64,000 bases of DNA from an uncultured bacterium (GCA_963777505.1 CAVZQN010000011.1:160001-224000); one strand, 5' to 3'; shown: positions 30,957-41,619, numbered from the stretch's first letter. Numbers and translations: made by a program. The notes: generated from the letters alone by a model not told the origin.

Positions 30957-31697
30957 ATGAAGAACGAAAAAGACGAAAAAAATAGAGGACTTGATCCCAC
31001 ACCAGACAGTAATCCTGATCCGATCACAGGCGAAAAAGGTGCGCATCCCGTGGGTGTAGCAGCCGGTGGAGCCGGTGGTGCGGCAGCAGGAGCGGCAATC
31101 GGTGCGGCAGTAGGCGGACCGGTTGGAGCAGTCGTTGGCGGAGCTGTAGGAGCAGTTGCTGGTGGTTTAGCTGGAAAAGGTGCTGCAGAAGCGGTGAATC
31201 CCACTGTTGAAGAAGCATATTGGAAAAGCGAATTCCAAAATCGTCCGTATTACAAAGGTGGAACAGAATATGACACGTATCAGCCTTACTACAAATACGG
31301 ATATGAATCTGCTGGCCGTCCGGAGTTTCGTGGACGTAAGTACGAAGAAGTAGAACGTCAGCTCGAATCAGAATGGCCGACTAATCGCGGTGAATTCAAT
31401 GAATACAAAGGTGCAACCCGTGATGCTTACGAACGAGCTTCGTCCTCTCTAGAACGAGCCGGCAGTGAAACTGCTGATAAGTCTGACGCCATTTGGGACC
31501 AAGTAAAAGGAAATTGGAAACAGGCAAAGGGCGCCATAAAAGAAAAATGGAACAGACTAACGGATGACGATCTAGAAGCAATGGAAGGCAGACGCGAAAG
31601 GATCATCGGAAAAATTCAAGAAAAATACGGTGAAGCAAAATATACTGCAGCCGATATCGAACATGAATTGAACGATGTCTATTTGACGAGAAAATAA
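30957..31697 (+). CDS. Glycine-zipper plus CsbD-family stress protein
   Basis: GAAAGAAIGAAVGGPVGAVVGG; C-terminal WDQVKGNWKQAKGAIKEKWNRLTDDDL. Confidence 0.88.
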   Translation: MKNEKDEKNRGLDPTPDSNPDPITGEKGAHPVGVAAGGAGGAAAGAAIGAAVGGPVGAVVGGAVGAVAGGLAGKGAAEAVNPTVEEAYWKSEFQNRPYYKGGTEYDTYQPYYKYGYESAGRPEFRGRKYEEVERQLESEWPTNRGEFNEYKGATRDAYERASSSLERAGSETADKSDAIWDQVKGNWKQAKGAIKEKWNRLTDDDLEAMEGRRERIIGKIQEKYGEAKYTAADIEHELNDVYLTRK

Positions 31698-31706
31698 GAA
31701 TTTGTT

Positions 31707-31740
31707 GAAGTGACGGATCCAGGTATCCGTCACTTCTTTC
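31707..31740 (+). terminator. Intrinsic terminator
   Basis: gaagtgacggat/atccgtcacttc 12-bp stem followed by a T-rich tail. Confidence 0.7.
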
Positions 31741-31796
31741 TCTTATCAGTTCTCATCATTTGAATCGACGGTTATCCCGCCATAATATCTATTAAA

Positions 31797-34700
31797 TTGA
31801 CAAAAAGCCCAGATCCGCGTGAACCCCATAAAAATGTTTATGGGAAATTGCGAGGCATACTATTTACCTTCTTCAATGCCTTGGGCTGGAAAGAGGATGA
31901 TGTAAAACCAGCCCTTTCTGGCGCGACGCTTTTGTTCTCAATTGTCGCCGCTTTTGTTGTTCTAAAAACAATTCGAGACGCCACGTTCCTGAGTTCCTAT
32001 CCTATGCGAACTCTGCCTCAATACATGGCGCTTAATACAATAGTTAGCGCAGTAGTCGCATTCCTTCTATTACGTTTGTATAAGTTTATTTCACTGCGCC
32101 GGCTTCTTCAGGCAGGTTTGTTGATATTTGCAACAGGAACAATTCTAAATTGGGAAACTCTTCCCGTTCATATTAGTGTCAGCCCTAAGGTTTTCTATAT
32201 ATGGGTCGGGGTTTACGGGACTATCATTTCGGTCCAGGCTTGGGCGCTTGTTTCAGTGCAACTATCGTCCAGGCAGGCTAAAAGGACTCTCGGTCTAGTC
32301 GGTAGTGGGGCAATTTTGGGTGGAATTGCCGGAGGTCTGCTGTCCAGATTTCTTGTCGATCAATTCGGATTGCCCTCTTTGTTCCCGTGTGCCGTATCTC
32401 TCATGATCCTGGCGTTCTTGTTGACTCGTGCGGTCTCAGGAGCACTAACAGAAACAACTCCACCTTTAATCAAACCACTGGATAAAAAGAAATTATCAAC
32501 ACGCTATCTTCTGTTTCTTGTAATCATTGTTGCAATTGGAACAATCGTTTCTACTTTCTTGGATTTTCAATTCAAAGCTTATACTCAGCGCGAATATGGA
32601 AATGTAACCGAACTCGGATCTTTTCTTGGAACCTTCTATGCCGTTTTGGGAGTTGCTTCATTCGTGTTTCAGATTTTCATAACGCCATTTATGATCAAAC
32701 GGCTTGGCCTTGCAGCAGGATTGGCTGCGATGCCCTTATTGCTATTTCTCGGAAACAGTATCCTGTACCTGAGAAAGTCCTTTTATACGGTAGCAACACT
32801 GCGCGGTTCTGAGGAATTATTACGGCACTCACTGGATCGATCTTCCTTTGAAGTCCTTCAACTGGCAATGCCTGCCTATCAGCGAATGCGATTGAAATCG
32901 TTAGTCGATACGATAGGCATCCGCATTTCAGAATTGATCGGTTGTCTTATTTTGTTTGCTATGTTTACAAGCAGGGAGACTGATCTCACATATCTAACGA
33001 TTTTCAATCTGATCCTGACATTCGTCTGGTTTGTCTTTGCGTTGCTGTTAGGATTGTATGAATATCCGAAACGCCTGCAAGACCAGCTTCAAAGAGAAGA
33101 GCTTGATTTGGATGCTGTGCGTGAAAATCTCTTCTCCGGTAATTTTCGGCAAACACTTCCAACCCTCTTACGCAATGCTCCGAAAGATACGATTCTCCGA
33201 ATTCTTGAGCTTGTTGAATCCAGCGATAAGACATGGCTGGCAGACGATCTTACATCGATCAGCAATAGTGATCCGGAAGTGCGGCTGAAGACTTTGCAGC
33301 TTCTTTTTCTGCAAAAGCAAGATATGACGCGCATAGTAAAGCCGCTTATCTCTGATTCTGATCCTCATGTTAGAGCCGAAGCAATTCATTACGTGATTAC
33401 TCGAAGCCGTCGGCCCGATCAATTTCTTCAGACATTTAATAAAGATGAAAGTTTAGCCGTTCGAGCTGCGGTATCCGCTGCGGGACTGAAGACAGGATCT
33501 AAGGAAGCTCAAGATGAAATTGAAAACATTATTGTGATGGCGGAAACTGCAAAGGATGAATTTGTTTTACAGGAGATTGCTCATGTACTTCAGTTTATAG
33601 AGCCTTCTGATTTTTCAATTCAAATTTACAAACGACTTTTATCCACAACTTCTATTGAAGTTAGAAAAGCTACTTTGCGAAGCATCGGGTTTACTCAGCC
33701 TCAAAGTTTGATTCCAATTCTCTTAAAGCTAACAAGAGTACCGGAATTGAAAACTGAAGTGCGCGCCACACTTGCACGCTTTGAACAAAAGTTAGTTCCT
33801 TTCTTAGAGGAAATTATTCTGAATGATGGTGAATCAACTCCACGAAGGAAACTAGCACTGAAAATCGCGGCGGATGTCGGCGGGATTGCCATCCTGGACT
33901 CTGTACTAAAGATTGCGCAAGATCGTGACATTTCACTACGTTTTTCCGCAATTAAGACTCTAAATTATTTCCGCAAAGCCGAACTGTTACTGCCAGATCA
34001 TCCAGCCCTCCCAACATTGCTTGAGCGGGAAATATCGGTGTTAGCATCTGAAAAGAAACGAGCTTCTCTCTTTGCATCGGACCCGGATCGGGTTATTTAC
34101 AGATTTCTGACTCAACGAACTACGTGGACGACGCAGCGTATTTTCCGGATATTAGCGCTTATTTTTCCTAACGATGATATGTATCATGCCAGCCTTGCGT
34201 TGCAAAGCAACGATGAAAGTAAACGTGATGCCGGACTGGAATTAATTGAGCACACATTGACACCCGAGTTAGGCAAGAGACTGCTGCCATTGTTAGAAGA
34301 TATATCAGGCCCGGCCGACAGTATCGATGTTGAAACAAGTCGTGTAGAAGCTGTTCAATCCATCTTAGATGACAAAGATCCTCTTCTAATCGCTGGAGTT
34401 GTTGCTGATATGAACGACGATGAGTGGAATTTCTGGTCCGGTGAAATTAACAACATTCAAGCCGCAGAGCCTAATAATCTTCTAAAAGAAACGATCCTAA
34501 GGAGGTCAACTAAAATGAAAGACAATCAGGATAAAACGTTGACACTCATTGAAAAAATGGAGTATCTCAGCAAGATTGATATTTTCTCACATCTTTCATC
34601 AGCAGAGTTGCTTCTCATCAGTGAAGTTGCCACCGAAGCGGAGTTTGAAATAGGAACAATTCTTTATCAAGAAGAAGAGCCAGCCAAAGAGATCGTATGC

Positions 34701-34976
34701 TTAATTCGGGGAAGAATTGAACTCTTAAGACAAAAGGAAACAGCCGGGTGGATTGAAGCAGGTGAATGTCTTGGTACCCTTGAAGTACTAACTGGAAAAA
34801 ATCGTGTGTCCTCGGCAGTGGTTCGGGAAACTGCTTTTTGTTTAAGACTTTCCGGCGAAACATTCTGGGAAATTCTTGAAGATTACACTCCCGTATGCCG
34901 CGGAGTCATTGAAGTACTTGCCGAAAAGATCGAGGATCTAATAAAAGAGCAAACAGATCTCAAGCCTGTTAGCTAA
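31797..34976 (+). CDS. Npt/TLC-like nucleotide transporter-HEAT repeat-cNMP-binding fusion
   Basis: LKTIRDATFL, QAKRTLGLVGSGAILGG, LDFQFK; HEAT repeats; C-terminal cNMP domain (GECLGTLE...R). Confidence 0.82.
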   Translation: MTKSPDPREPHKNVYGKLRGILFTFFNALGWKEDDVKPALSGATLLFSIVAAFVVLKTIRDATFLSSYPMRTLPQYMALNTIVSAVVAFLLLRLYKFISLRRLLQAGLLIFATGTILNWETLPVHISVSPKVFYIWVGVYGTIISVQAWALVSVQLSSRQAKRTLGLVGSGAILGGIAGGLLSRFLVDQFGLPSLFPCAVSLMILAFLLTRAVSGALTETTPPLIKPLDKKKLSTRYLLFLVIIVAIGTIVSTFLDFQFKAYTQREYGNVTELGSFLGTFYAVLGVASFVFQIFITPFMIKRLGLAAGLAAMPLLLFLGNSILYLRKSFYTVATLRGSEELLRHSLDRSSFEVLQLAMPAYQRMRLKSLVDTIGIRISELIGCLILFAMFTSRETDLTYLTIFNLILTFVWFVFALLLGLYEYPKRLQDQLQREELDLDAVRENLFSGNFRQTLPTLLRNAPKDTILRILELVESSDKTWLADDLTSISNSDPEVRLKTLQLLFLQKQDMTRIVKPLISDSDPHVRAEAIHYVITRSRRPDQFLQTFNKDESLAVRAAVSAAGLKTGSKEAQDEIENIIVMAETAKDEFVLQEIAHVLQFIEPSDFSIQIYKRLLSTTSIEVRKATLRSIGFTQPQSLIPILLKLTRVPELKTEVRATLARFEQKLVPFLEEIILNDGESTPRRKLALKIAADVGGIAILDSVLKIAQDRDISLRFSAIKTLNYFRKAELLLPDHPALPTLLEREISVLASEKKRASLFASDPDRVIYRFLTQRTTWTTQRIFRILALIFPNDDMYHASLALQSNDESKRDAGLELIEHTLTPELGKRLLPLLEDISGPADSIDVETSRVEAVQSILDDKDPLLIAGVVADMNDDEWNFWSGEINNIQAAEPNNLLKETILRRSTKMKDNQDKTLTLIEKMEYLSKIDIFSHLSSAELLLISEVATEAEFEIGTILYQEEEPAKEIVCLIRGRIELLRQKETAGWIEAGECLGTLEVLTGKNRVSSAVVRETAFCLRLSGETFWEILEDYTPVCRGVIEVLAEKIEDLIKEQTDLKPVS

Positions 34977-35793
34977 CAAATTCTAATTCAACACTCGGGA
35001 TGATTCCCGCTTTATGTCCTTCTTCTAATAAGCGGCTTACAGCAAGACGTCCACGATCTCCAAAACTTTTCGTGAAGTTATTGACATACATTCCAACAAA
35101 GCGGTCCGTTATATCTTCAGATGTATTTCTCGCATACTTCATCGCATATTCCATTGCCGCTTTCCGGTGTTCGAGTCCATATGCAATACTTTGATACAAG
35201 TATTTCGATAATTCTGCACAGACTTCATGTCCCAAATCTTTTCGGATCCCATTGACTCCTAAGGGCAATGGAAGTTCCGTTTTCGCGTACCACCATTCAC
35301 CGAGATCTAACACCTTAAACAGACCCTGCTGCGCAAATGTAAGTTGTCCTTCATGAATGATCAGGCCAGCATCAACGCTGCCTTCGCGTACTGCATCAAA
35401 GATTTCATCGAATGGAACCACTTCATAACTAAAGGGGCCCAGACAAAGACACAATGCAAGAAAAGCGGTTGTCAATTCACCAGGCACTGCAATTTTGAGT
35501 GAGCCAAGCTTTTCAACTGGAATCTCTTTCGTGGCGACAACAATCGGACCATACCGTTCTCCGATACTCGCACCATGCGGAAGAAGCGCATAATCCTTTG
35601 CCACATATGCATACGCATGAACCGACAAAGCCGTAACTTCCAGACGTTTTTCAAGTGCCCAGCGATTTAAGGTTTCGATATCTCGCAAAATATGTTCAAA
35701 CTCATACGGAGCTGTGTTGAACTTCTGATGTGTTAACGCATAAAACATGAATGCATCATCTGCATCCGGACTATGTCCAACTTGAATTTTCAT
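34969..35793 (-). CDS. mqnD: 1,4-dihydroxy-6-naphthoate synthase (futalosine pathway)
   Basis: GHSPDADDAFMFYAL, DIETLN, IIHEGQLT, DLGEWW...LPLPLG, MYVN. Confidence 0.92.
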   Translation of the reverse strand: MKIQVGHSPDADDAFMFYALTHQKFNTAPYEFEHILRDIETLNRWALEKRLEVTALSVHAYAYVAKDYALLPHGASIGERYGPIVVATKEIPVEKLGSLKIAVPGELTTAFLALCLCLGPFSYEVVPFDEIFDAVREGSVDAGLIIHEGQLTFAQQGLFKVLDLGEWWYAKTELPLPLGVNGIRKDLGHEVCAELSKYLYQSIAYGLEHRKAAMEYAMKYARNTSEDITDRFVGMYVNNFTKSFGDRGRLAVSRLLEEGHKAGIIPSVELEFVS

Positions 35794-36803
35794 TGAAGTT
35801 GTTTCCCAAGAACTTCGGCAATTTGTTTTAAAGATGAGCGAAGCTGATCAAATTCACTAAAGTTGAGACTTTGTGGACCATCGCTTTTTGCATGTTCGGC
35901 TTGATTGTGAACTTCAATCATTATGCCGTCTGCTCCAGCTGCTAATGCTGCACGGGAAAGAGGGAGTATCAGACTGCGTTTTCCTGAAGCATGACTTGGA
36001 TCCACAAAAATGGGTAAATGTGAGATCTGCTTGATTAAAGGTACTGCGCTGATGTCGAGTGTGTTTCGAGTCGCAGTTTCAAAAGTTCGAATTCCGCGTT
36101 CGCATAAAATGACTTTTGGATTTCCTTCTTGAAGGATATATTCCGCTGCCAGTAAGAATTCTTCCACAGTCGCGTTCATTCCTCGCTTTAACAAAACAGG
36201 TTTCTTTTGTTTTCCTGCCGTTTTTAACAGGCGGAAATTTTGCATGTTGCGAGTTCCGATTTGAATCACATCCGCATACTCGGAAACGATTTGAACGTCA
36301 CTGGATGATACAGCTTCAGTAACAATTTTCATGTCGTGTTTATTTGCGGCTTTTCTCAGGAGCTTTAACCCTTCTTCACCCAGACCCTGAAATGAATATG
36401 GCGATGTTCGTGGCTTAAATGCGCCTCCCCGTAGAAACTTAACTCCAGATTGTGAAAGCTGATTCGCAATCCCTAAAATTTGCTCTTCAGACTCTACTGC
36501 ACATGGACCTGCAATGATCGTAAAGTTTTGCGAATGAATCTGAAAATTACCGACAGAAATTGTAGTTTCATGTTCTGCGTTTTTCTTCGCTGCAATGTCA
36601 TAGGCCGGCGTAATGCGATATACGTTTGCAACACCTGGTTGGGTTAAGAAAAAATCGTTCGTCAGGATGTTTTGCTTGCTCTGAATCCTGAGGATTGGCT
36701 CGCCATTTTCATACAGAAGATACGAACAATCATGTTGACGCAGCTTCTGCAGGAGCGAATTTAGGTCATCCTGCGATATATTTTTCTTGAGAACGACTAT
36801 CAT
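35790..36803 (-). CDS. aroF: DAHP synthase type I-beta with N-terminal regulatory domain
   Basis: [38 protein letters not shown]. Confidence 0.95.
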   Translation of the reverse strand: MIVVLKKNISQDDLNSLLQKLRQHDCSYLLYENGEPILRIQSKQNILTNDFFLTQPGVANVYRITPAYDIAAKKNAEHETTISVGNFQIHSQNFTIIAGPCAVESEEQILGIANQLSQSGVKFLRGGAFKPRTSPYSFQGLGEEGLKLLRKAANKHDMKIVTEAVSSSDVQIVSEYADVIQIGTRNMQNFRLLKTAGKQKKPVLLKRGMNATVEEFLLAAEYILQEGNPKVILCERGIRTFETATRNTLDISAVPLIKQISHLPIFVDPSHASGKRSLILPLSRAALAAGADGIMIEVHNQAEHAKSDGPQSLNFSEFDQLRSSLKQIAEVLGKQLQ

Positions 36804-36863
36804 GAGGGTAAGTTTACTGTCGGGGATGGTAATGATACCACATATTTGTATTTGCTACGGGAT

Positions 36864-37326
36864 AAGGCAGGGGAGCAGAGGAGCGGAGGAGCAGGGGGAT
36901 TTTAGGAATAGATTTGTTCGTAGCTGCGCGCATAGGAAAGGGAGCGGGACGGGGAGCGGGGAGAGTGCAGGTGTTTGTAGCTTCGCGATGGGTAGTGCGT
37001 AGCTACAAAGAACTTGCGTACACCGATCTCCCTTTCACCCCAGCACCCCTGCTCCCCTGCATTTGAAGCAAAGCTATAATTACTTAGGTGAATCAACGTT
37101 TATACTTGGACTACAACGCTTCAACATCCATCGATCAGCAGGGGAGAGCGTATGCGTGAAGGTGTTTGTAGCTTCGCGATGGGTAGTGCGTAGCTACAAA
37201 GAACTTGCGTACGCCGATCTCCCTTTCTCCCCAGCACCCCTGCTCCCCTGCATTTGAAGCAAAGCTATAATTACTTAGATGAATCAACGCATATACCTAG
37301 ATTACAATGCCTCCACACCGCTGGAT
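36864..37326 (+). repeat. GGAGCAGG simple repeats plus a 191-bp-period tandem duplication of family A core, promoter and iscS 5' end
   Basis: 36971-37135 aligns to 37162-37326; the core matches 3366-3452. Confidence 0.85.
37088..37135 (+). pseudogene. 16-codon diverged iscS 5' stub (MNQRLYLDYNASTSID)
   Basis: GTG start; aligns codon by codon with iscS MNQRIYLDYNASTPLD. Confidence 0.8.
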
Positions 37327-38412
37327 CCTCGTGTCGCAGAAGCTATGTCATCCGCAGTGTTAATGTACGGCAATCCATCGAGTATTCATCAAGAAGGCCG
37401 TCAAGCTCGGGCACTTGTGGATCAAGCACGAGTGAATCTCGCCAATTTAACGAATTGTGATTATCGTCGTCTTGTATTTACATCAGGCGGTACTGAATCG
37501 ATCAATCTTGCAATTTTAGGAGCAGCCCGAGCTAACCGTAGTCGCGGCAAACACCTGATTACATCCGCAATCGAACATTCAGCAGTATTAAATTCTTTTC
37601 ATCAACTTGAACGGGAAGGATTTGAAGTCTCCTATCTTTCACCTACTTCAGATGGGATCATTGAACCTGATGCACTTCGTGCTGCTATACGGAATGATTC
37701 CATACTCGTTTCAATCATGATGGCGAATAATGAAATCGGAACGATTCAACCCGTTTCGGACCTTTCAGCAATTGCTCATGAAAATCGAGCGCTATTCCAT
37801 ACAGATGCAGTTCAAGCGCTTGGAAAAATTTTAGTCGATATTGAACAAATTCACCCCGACCTGGTTTCGTTTTCCAGCCACAAAATCTATGGTCCTAAAG
37901 GTGCTGGTGCGCTTTATTGTTCCGCGGAAACTGAAATCGAGCCATTAATTCGAGGCGGTACACACGAACAGGGTTTGCGTGCTGGAACTGAAAACGTTGC
38001 TGCAATTCATGGCTTTGGCTATGCAGCCGACCTTCTGGTACATGAAGGACTCCCTGATCTTTTTCCCTTTCGGAAATTGCTCGAAAGCGGGCTAAAAAAT
38101 GAGGAGGTAGAAATTATCTGTCAGAATGCTCCCCGTCTACCGAATACCGTAAATTTTTACTTTCCACGATGGAAAGGCGAATCTCTCGTCATGGCTTTAG
38201 ATTTGGAGGGGTTTGCGGTATCAAATGGATCAGCATGTTCAGCTGGTATTATTGAACCTTCTCATGTCATAAGAGCTTTGGGTTATAATGAAGACGTTGC
38301 GCGTAGCGTAATTCGGGCGAGTTTTGGGAAATTTACGCAGGCGAATGAAATCGATAGGTTTCTCGAATTTGTGCATCGTCTGGCTCAGAGGGTGGAAAGA
38401 ACGATGTCATAG
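37279..38412 (+). CDS. iscS: Cysteine desulfurase (IscS/NifS type)
   Basis: YLDYNAST, FTSGGTES, HTDAVQA, SSHKIYGPKG, SNGSACSAG. Confidence 0.93.
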   Translation: MNQRIYLDYNASTPLDPRVAEAMSSAVLMYGNPSSIHQEGRQARALVDQARVNLANLTNCDYRRLVFTSGGTESINLAILGAARANRSRGKHLITSAIEHSAVLNSFHQLEREGFEVSYLSPTSDGIIEPDALRAAIRNDSILVSIMMANNEIGTIQPVSDLSAIAHENRALFHTDAVQALGKILVDIEQIHPDLVSFSSHKIYGPKGAGALYCSAETEIEPLIRGGTHEQGLRAGTENVAAIHGFGYAADLLVHEGLPDLFPFRKLLESGLKNEEVEIICQNAPRLPNTVNFYFPRWKGESLVMALDLEGFAVSNGSACSAGIIEPSHVIRALGYNEDVARSVIRASFGKFTQANEIDRFLEFVHRLAQRVERTMS

Positions 38413-38456
38413 AATGGCATCAAAACGTGAGGCTTGGGGAGAATAGAGGAGACGCA

Positions 38457-39065
38457 ATGATCATCGAGTGCACAACCTGCGGATCAAAGTATAAATACGA
38501 CGAAAGTAAACTCGCAGGTGCGGACAGTAAGAAATTAAAATGTCCGAAGTGTAAAGGCGTTATTGAAGTTGTAAATCAAAATGTGCGAGCCGCCGCAGCA
38601 CTTCGCGATCCCGATCCAGACAACAAATGGGAACAGACTTTTACCGCAGTGAATCCTGCCTCACAATCAGAAGCGCATAATCCTGCGGACACAGCAGCCT
38701 CATCTGAACCAGCAAAGACCTCCAAGCTAAGGAAAGAGATGCTGGAAGGATTAAAGCTTCCGGAAACGCGCAAGCTGTCGCTTGCTTTAATTTCAGGAAA
38801 CAATGCTGGCGAAATTTACCAGATCAGTAAACCAAGAATGGTGATCGGTCGCGGTGAAGCCGATATTTTGATTCAAGATTTGGAAGCTTCTCGCACGCAT
38901 GCTGAAATCGATGTAATCGGTGATCGTGTTGTATTGCACGATTTAAATAGCACAAATGGCACGTTTGTAGATGAACAAAAAATTACATCGGTATCGCTTG
39001 AAAACCATAATGAATTCCGAATCGGCTCCACAGTCTTCATGCTGATCATTACAGACGTCGAATAA
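38457..39065 (+). CDS. Zinc-ribbon (MJ0042-like) plus FHA domain protein
   Basis: CTTC...CPKC; IGRG...SRTHA...DLNSTNGT. Confidence 0.9.
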   Translation: MIIECTTCGSKYKYDESKLAGADSKKLKCPKCKGVIEVVNQNVRAAAALRDPDPDNKWEQTFTAVNPASQSEAHNPADTAASSEPAKTSKLRKEMLEGLKLPETRKLSLALISGNNAGEIYQISKPRMVIGRGEADILIQDLEASRTHAEIDVIGDRVVLHDLNSTNGTFVDEQKITSVSLENHNEFRIGSTVFMLIITDVE

Positions 39066-39134
39066 TTTCATTTAACCGCAAAGACACAAAGATTCTTGCG
39101 AGTCCATATATTTAGCATTAATATCTAAGCCCTT

Positions 39135-40214
39135 ATGAAAGAGAGAATTTTGGTAGCAATGAGCGGGGGAGTTGATAGCTCCGTTGCGGCAGCACTGCTT
39201 GTTGAAAATGGTTATGATGTCGTCGGAATGACGATGCAGCTTTGGGATTACGGTTCCCGCGCAAAGCGTCATGGGAATCGATGCTGCGCTTCCGAAGACA
39301 TCGAAGATGCCCGGCGTGTGGCTAATCATTTGGGCATCCCATTTTATGCCATTAATTTTCAGAAGGAATTTTTTGATCAAGTTGTTCGTCCATTTATGGA
39401 TGATTACATTTCCGGTCGAACGCCGATTCCTTGTGTCAATTGCAATAGCGGATTGAAGTTTCATGAACTTGTACAAGTCGCAGATCGGCTGCAAGCGGAA
39501 CATGTTGCCACCGGACACTATGTCCGGCTTCAACACGATTCCGATAGCGGACGTTACATGCTTCGAAAGGCGCGGGACACCCGGAAGGATCAATCCTATT
39601 TTCTTTTCAATCTAAACCAGGATCAGTTGAAGCGAGCCATGTTTCCTCTGGCTGAATACACCAAGAGTGAGGTTCGCGAAATTGCACGCCGGCTTAAATT
39701 GCCTGTCGCTGAGAAGCCCGAGAGTCAGGAATTATGTTTCTTGCAAGGTGAATCACAGGGTTCATTTATTCAACGTCATATTCCAAACTTAGCACTGAAC
39801 GGGGATCTTATTGATTCAAATGGGAATCGAATTGGATCGCATGAAGGAATTCACAACTTCACAGTTGGACAACGCCGTGGTCTTGGTATAGCTGTAGGCA
39901 AACCTCAATATGTCGTTGGAATTGATCCGGAGAATCGTACAGTGCAAGTTGGTTCTGATGATGAATTGCTCAGCAGTGGAATGAATGTGAATCGCGTAAA
40001 CTGGCTTGCCATTTCAGAACCGCGGGAGAAGCTTGCGGGAAGTGTTCGCATTCGCTATAAGCATGATGAAAGTGCCGCCACGATTCATCCGGAAGGATCC
40101 AAATGCCGGATTGAATTTGATGAGAAGCAACGGGCAATTACACCTGGCCAGGCCGCTGTCTTTTATAATGGCGATCTTGTACTGGGCGGTGGCTGGATTG
40201 AATCAGCATATTAG
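39135..40214 (+). CDS. mnmA: tRNA 2-thiouridine(34) synthase
   Basis: AMSGGVDSS, TPIPCVNCN, ATGHY, KDQSYFL, ESQELCF, TPGQAAV. Confidence 0.97.
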   Translation: MKERILVAMSGGVDSSVAAALLVENGYDVVGMTMQLWDYGSRAKRHGNRCCASEDIEDARRVANHLGIPFYAINFQKEFFDQVVRPFMDDYISGRTPIPCVNCNSGLKFHELVQVADRLQAEHVATGHYVRLQHDSDSGRYMLRKARDTRKDQSYFLFNLNQDQLKRAMFPLAEYTKSEVREIARRLKLPVAEKPESQELCFLQGESQGSFIQRHIPNLALNGDLIDSNGNRIGSHEGIHNFTVGQRRGLGIAVGKPQYVVGIDPENRTVQVGSDDELLSSGMNVNRVNWLAISEPREKLAGSVRIRYKHDESAATIHPEGSKCRIEFDEKQRAITPGQAAVFYNGDLVLGGGWIESAY

Positions 40215-40224
40215 CCGCAAAGAC

Positions 40225-41577
40225 TCAAAGATAGGATTTAACCACCGATTCGACATCAGTTTGAATGACTTTCAAACGTTCAGGTGTATCTGCTTCAAAC
40301 CTGAGGACCAGCGCGGGCTGTGTGTTGGAAGCACGCACTAAACCCCAACCATCGCCAAAATTTACTCTTACGCCATCAACATCTACAATCGGATACTTCC
40401 CGCGATAGTACGCCGTTGCTTTCTCCACAACTGCAAATTTTTTGTCATCGGCACAATTCACCCGGATTTCTGGAGTGCTATAAGTTATTGGAACATCTCG
40501 CAAAAATTCGGATAGCGGAAGATTTGTTTTGGATAGAATTCGTAAAACCCGAAGACTTGCGTAAATTGCGTCATCGTACCCAAAATATTCATCAGCAAAG
40601 AAGAGGTGTCCGCTCATTTCGCCTGCCACCGCTGCATTCGTTTCTTTCATTTTGCTTTTGATTAAGGAATGTCCGGCTTTCCACATAATTGGAATGCCGC
40701 CATGTTTCTTAATATCATCTTCGAGTGTTTTCGAACATTTCACCTCAAAAATAACTGTGCTTTTTGGGTGGCGGGTGAGTATATCGCGGGCGAAAATAAT
40801 TAGGAGTTGATCCCCCCACAAAATATTTCCTTTATCATCTATAACGCCCAACCTATCGGAATCTCCGTCGTAAGCAAGGCCAACTTCAGCTTTTTGTTCT
40901 TTGACCGCAGCAATAAGATCAACCAGGTTGTGTGGATCTGTTGGATCTGGATGATGATTTGGAAAACGTCCATCAGGCGTGCAAAATAATTCGATCGTCT
41001 TGCACCCCATTGACTGAATGAGATCCGGTGCTACCAGAGATGCAGTACCGTTACCGCAGTCAATCGCAGTAAACAATGGCCTATCAAACTTGATCCGTTC
41101 CCGCATGAAATTTTTATATTGATCGATGATTCCTTCATAATTCTGAGCACTTCCTTCGCCTGTAATGAAGTCATCCGCTTCAATCATTTCCCGGACTTTT
41201 TGAATGTCCTGACCATAGATACTGGATTTGCCAACGCAAAGTTTGAATCCGTTGTATTCGGAAGGATTATGGCTTGCAGTAATCATCACACCGCCATCAA
41301 CTTCAAGTTGGAAAAGTGCGAAGTAAAGTAATGGTGTTGGAACGACTCCAATATCGATAATTTCGCAACCGGTTGAGATTAATCCCTGGTGAGTAATTTC
41401 ATTGAAGCGATCTGAAGTCAAACGAACATCACGGCCAACGGCAAGTCTTTTCTTTCCTAAACGCCTTACATATGTTCCAAAAGCTTTTGCAATTCCAAGC
41501 GCGGTCTCTTCTGTTAATTCTTTTTCAACGAGTCCTCGTATGTCATACTCGCGAAAAATATTCCGTTGTACTTGCAT
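40225..41577 (-). CDS. Phosphomannomutase/phosphoglucomutase
   Basis: FREYDIRG, TASHNP, DGDSDR, GEMSGH, RASNTQP. Confidence 0.95.
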   Translation of the reverse strand: MQVQRNIFREYDIRGLVEKELTEETALGIAKAFGTYVRRLGKKRLAVGRDVRLTSDRFNEITHQGLISTGCEIIDIGVVPTPLLYFALFQLEVDGGVMITASHNPSEYNGFKLCVGKSSIYGQDIQKVREMIEADDFITGEGSAQNYEGIIDQYKNFMRERIKFDRPLFTAIDCGNGTASLVAPDLIQSMGCKTIELFCTPDGRFPNHHPDPTDPHNLVDLIAAVKEQKAEVGLAYDGDSDRLGVIDDKGNILWGDQLLIIFARDILTRHPKSTVIFEVKCSKTLEDDIKKHGGIPIMWKAGHSLIKSKMKETNAAVAGEMSGHLFFADEYFGYDDAIYASLRVLRILSKTNLPLSEFLRDVPITYSTPEIRVNCADDKKFAVVEKATAYYRGKYPIVDVDGVRVNFGDGWGLVRASNTQPALVLRFEADTPERLKVIQTDVESVVKSYL

Positions 41578-41619
41578 AGCTCCTCCGTAATAAAAACCGC
41601 GATGATGTTATGAGTATAT

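Noticed and set aside
30794-31204. Pro/Ala-rich minus-strand ORF
   Set aside because: Antisense shadow of the glycine-zipper codons of the CsbD-fusion gene
36971-37326. Diversity-generating retroelement TR/VR pair
   Set aside because: Mismatches are not adenine-specific (mostly C/T at third codon positions) and there is no reverse transcriptase in the window
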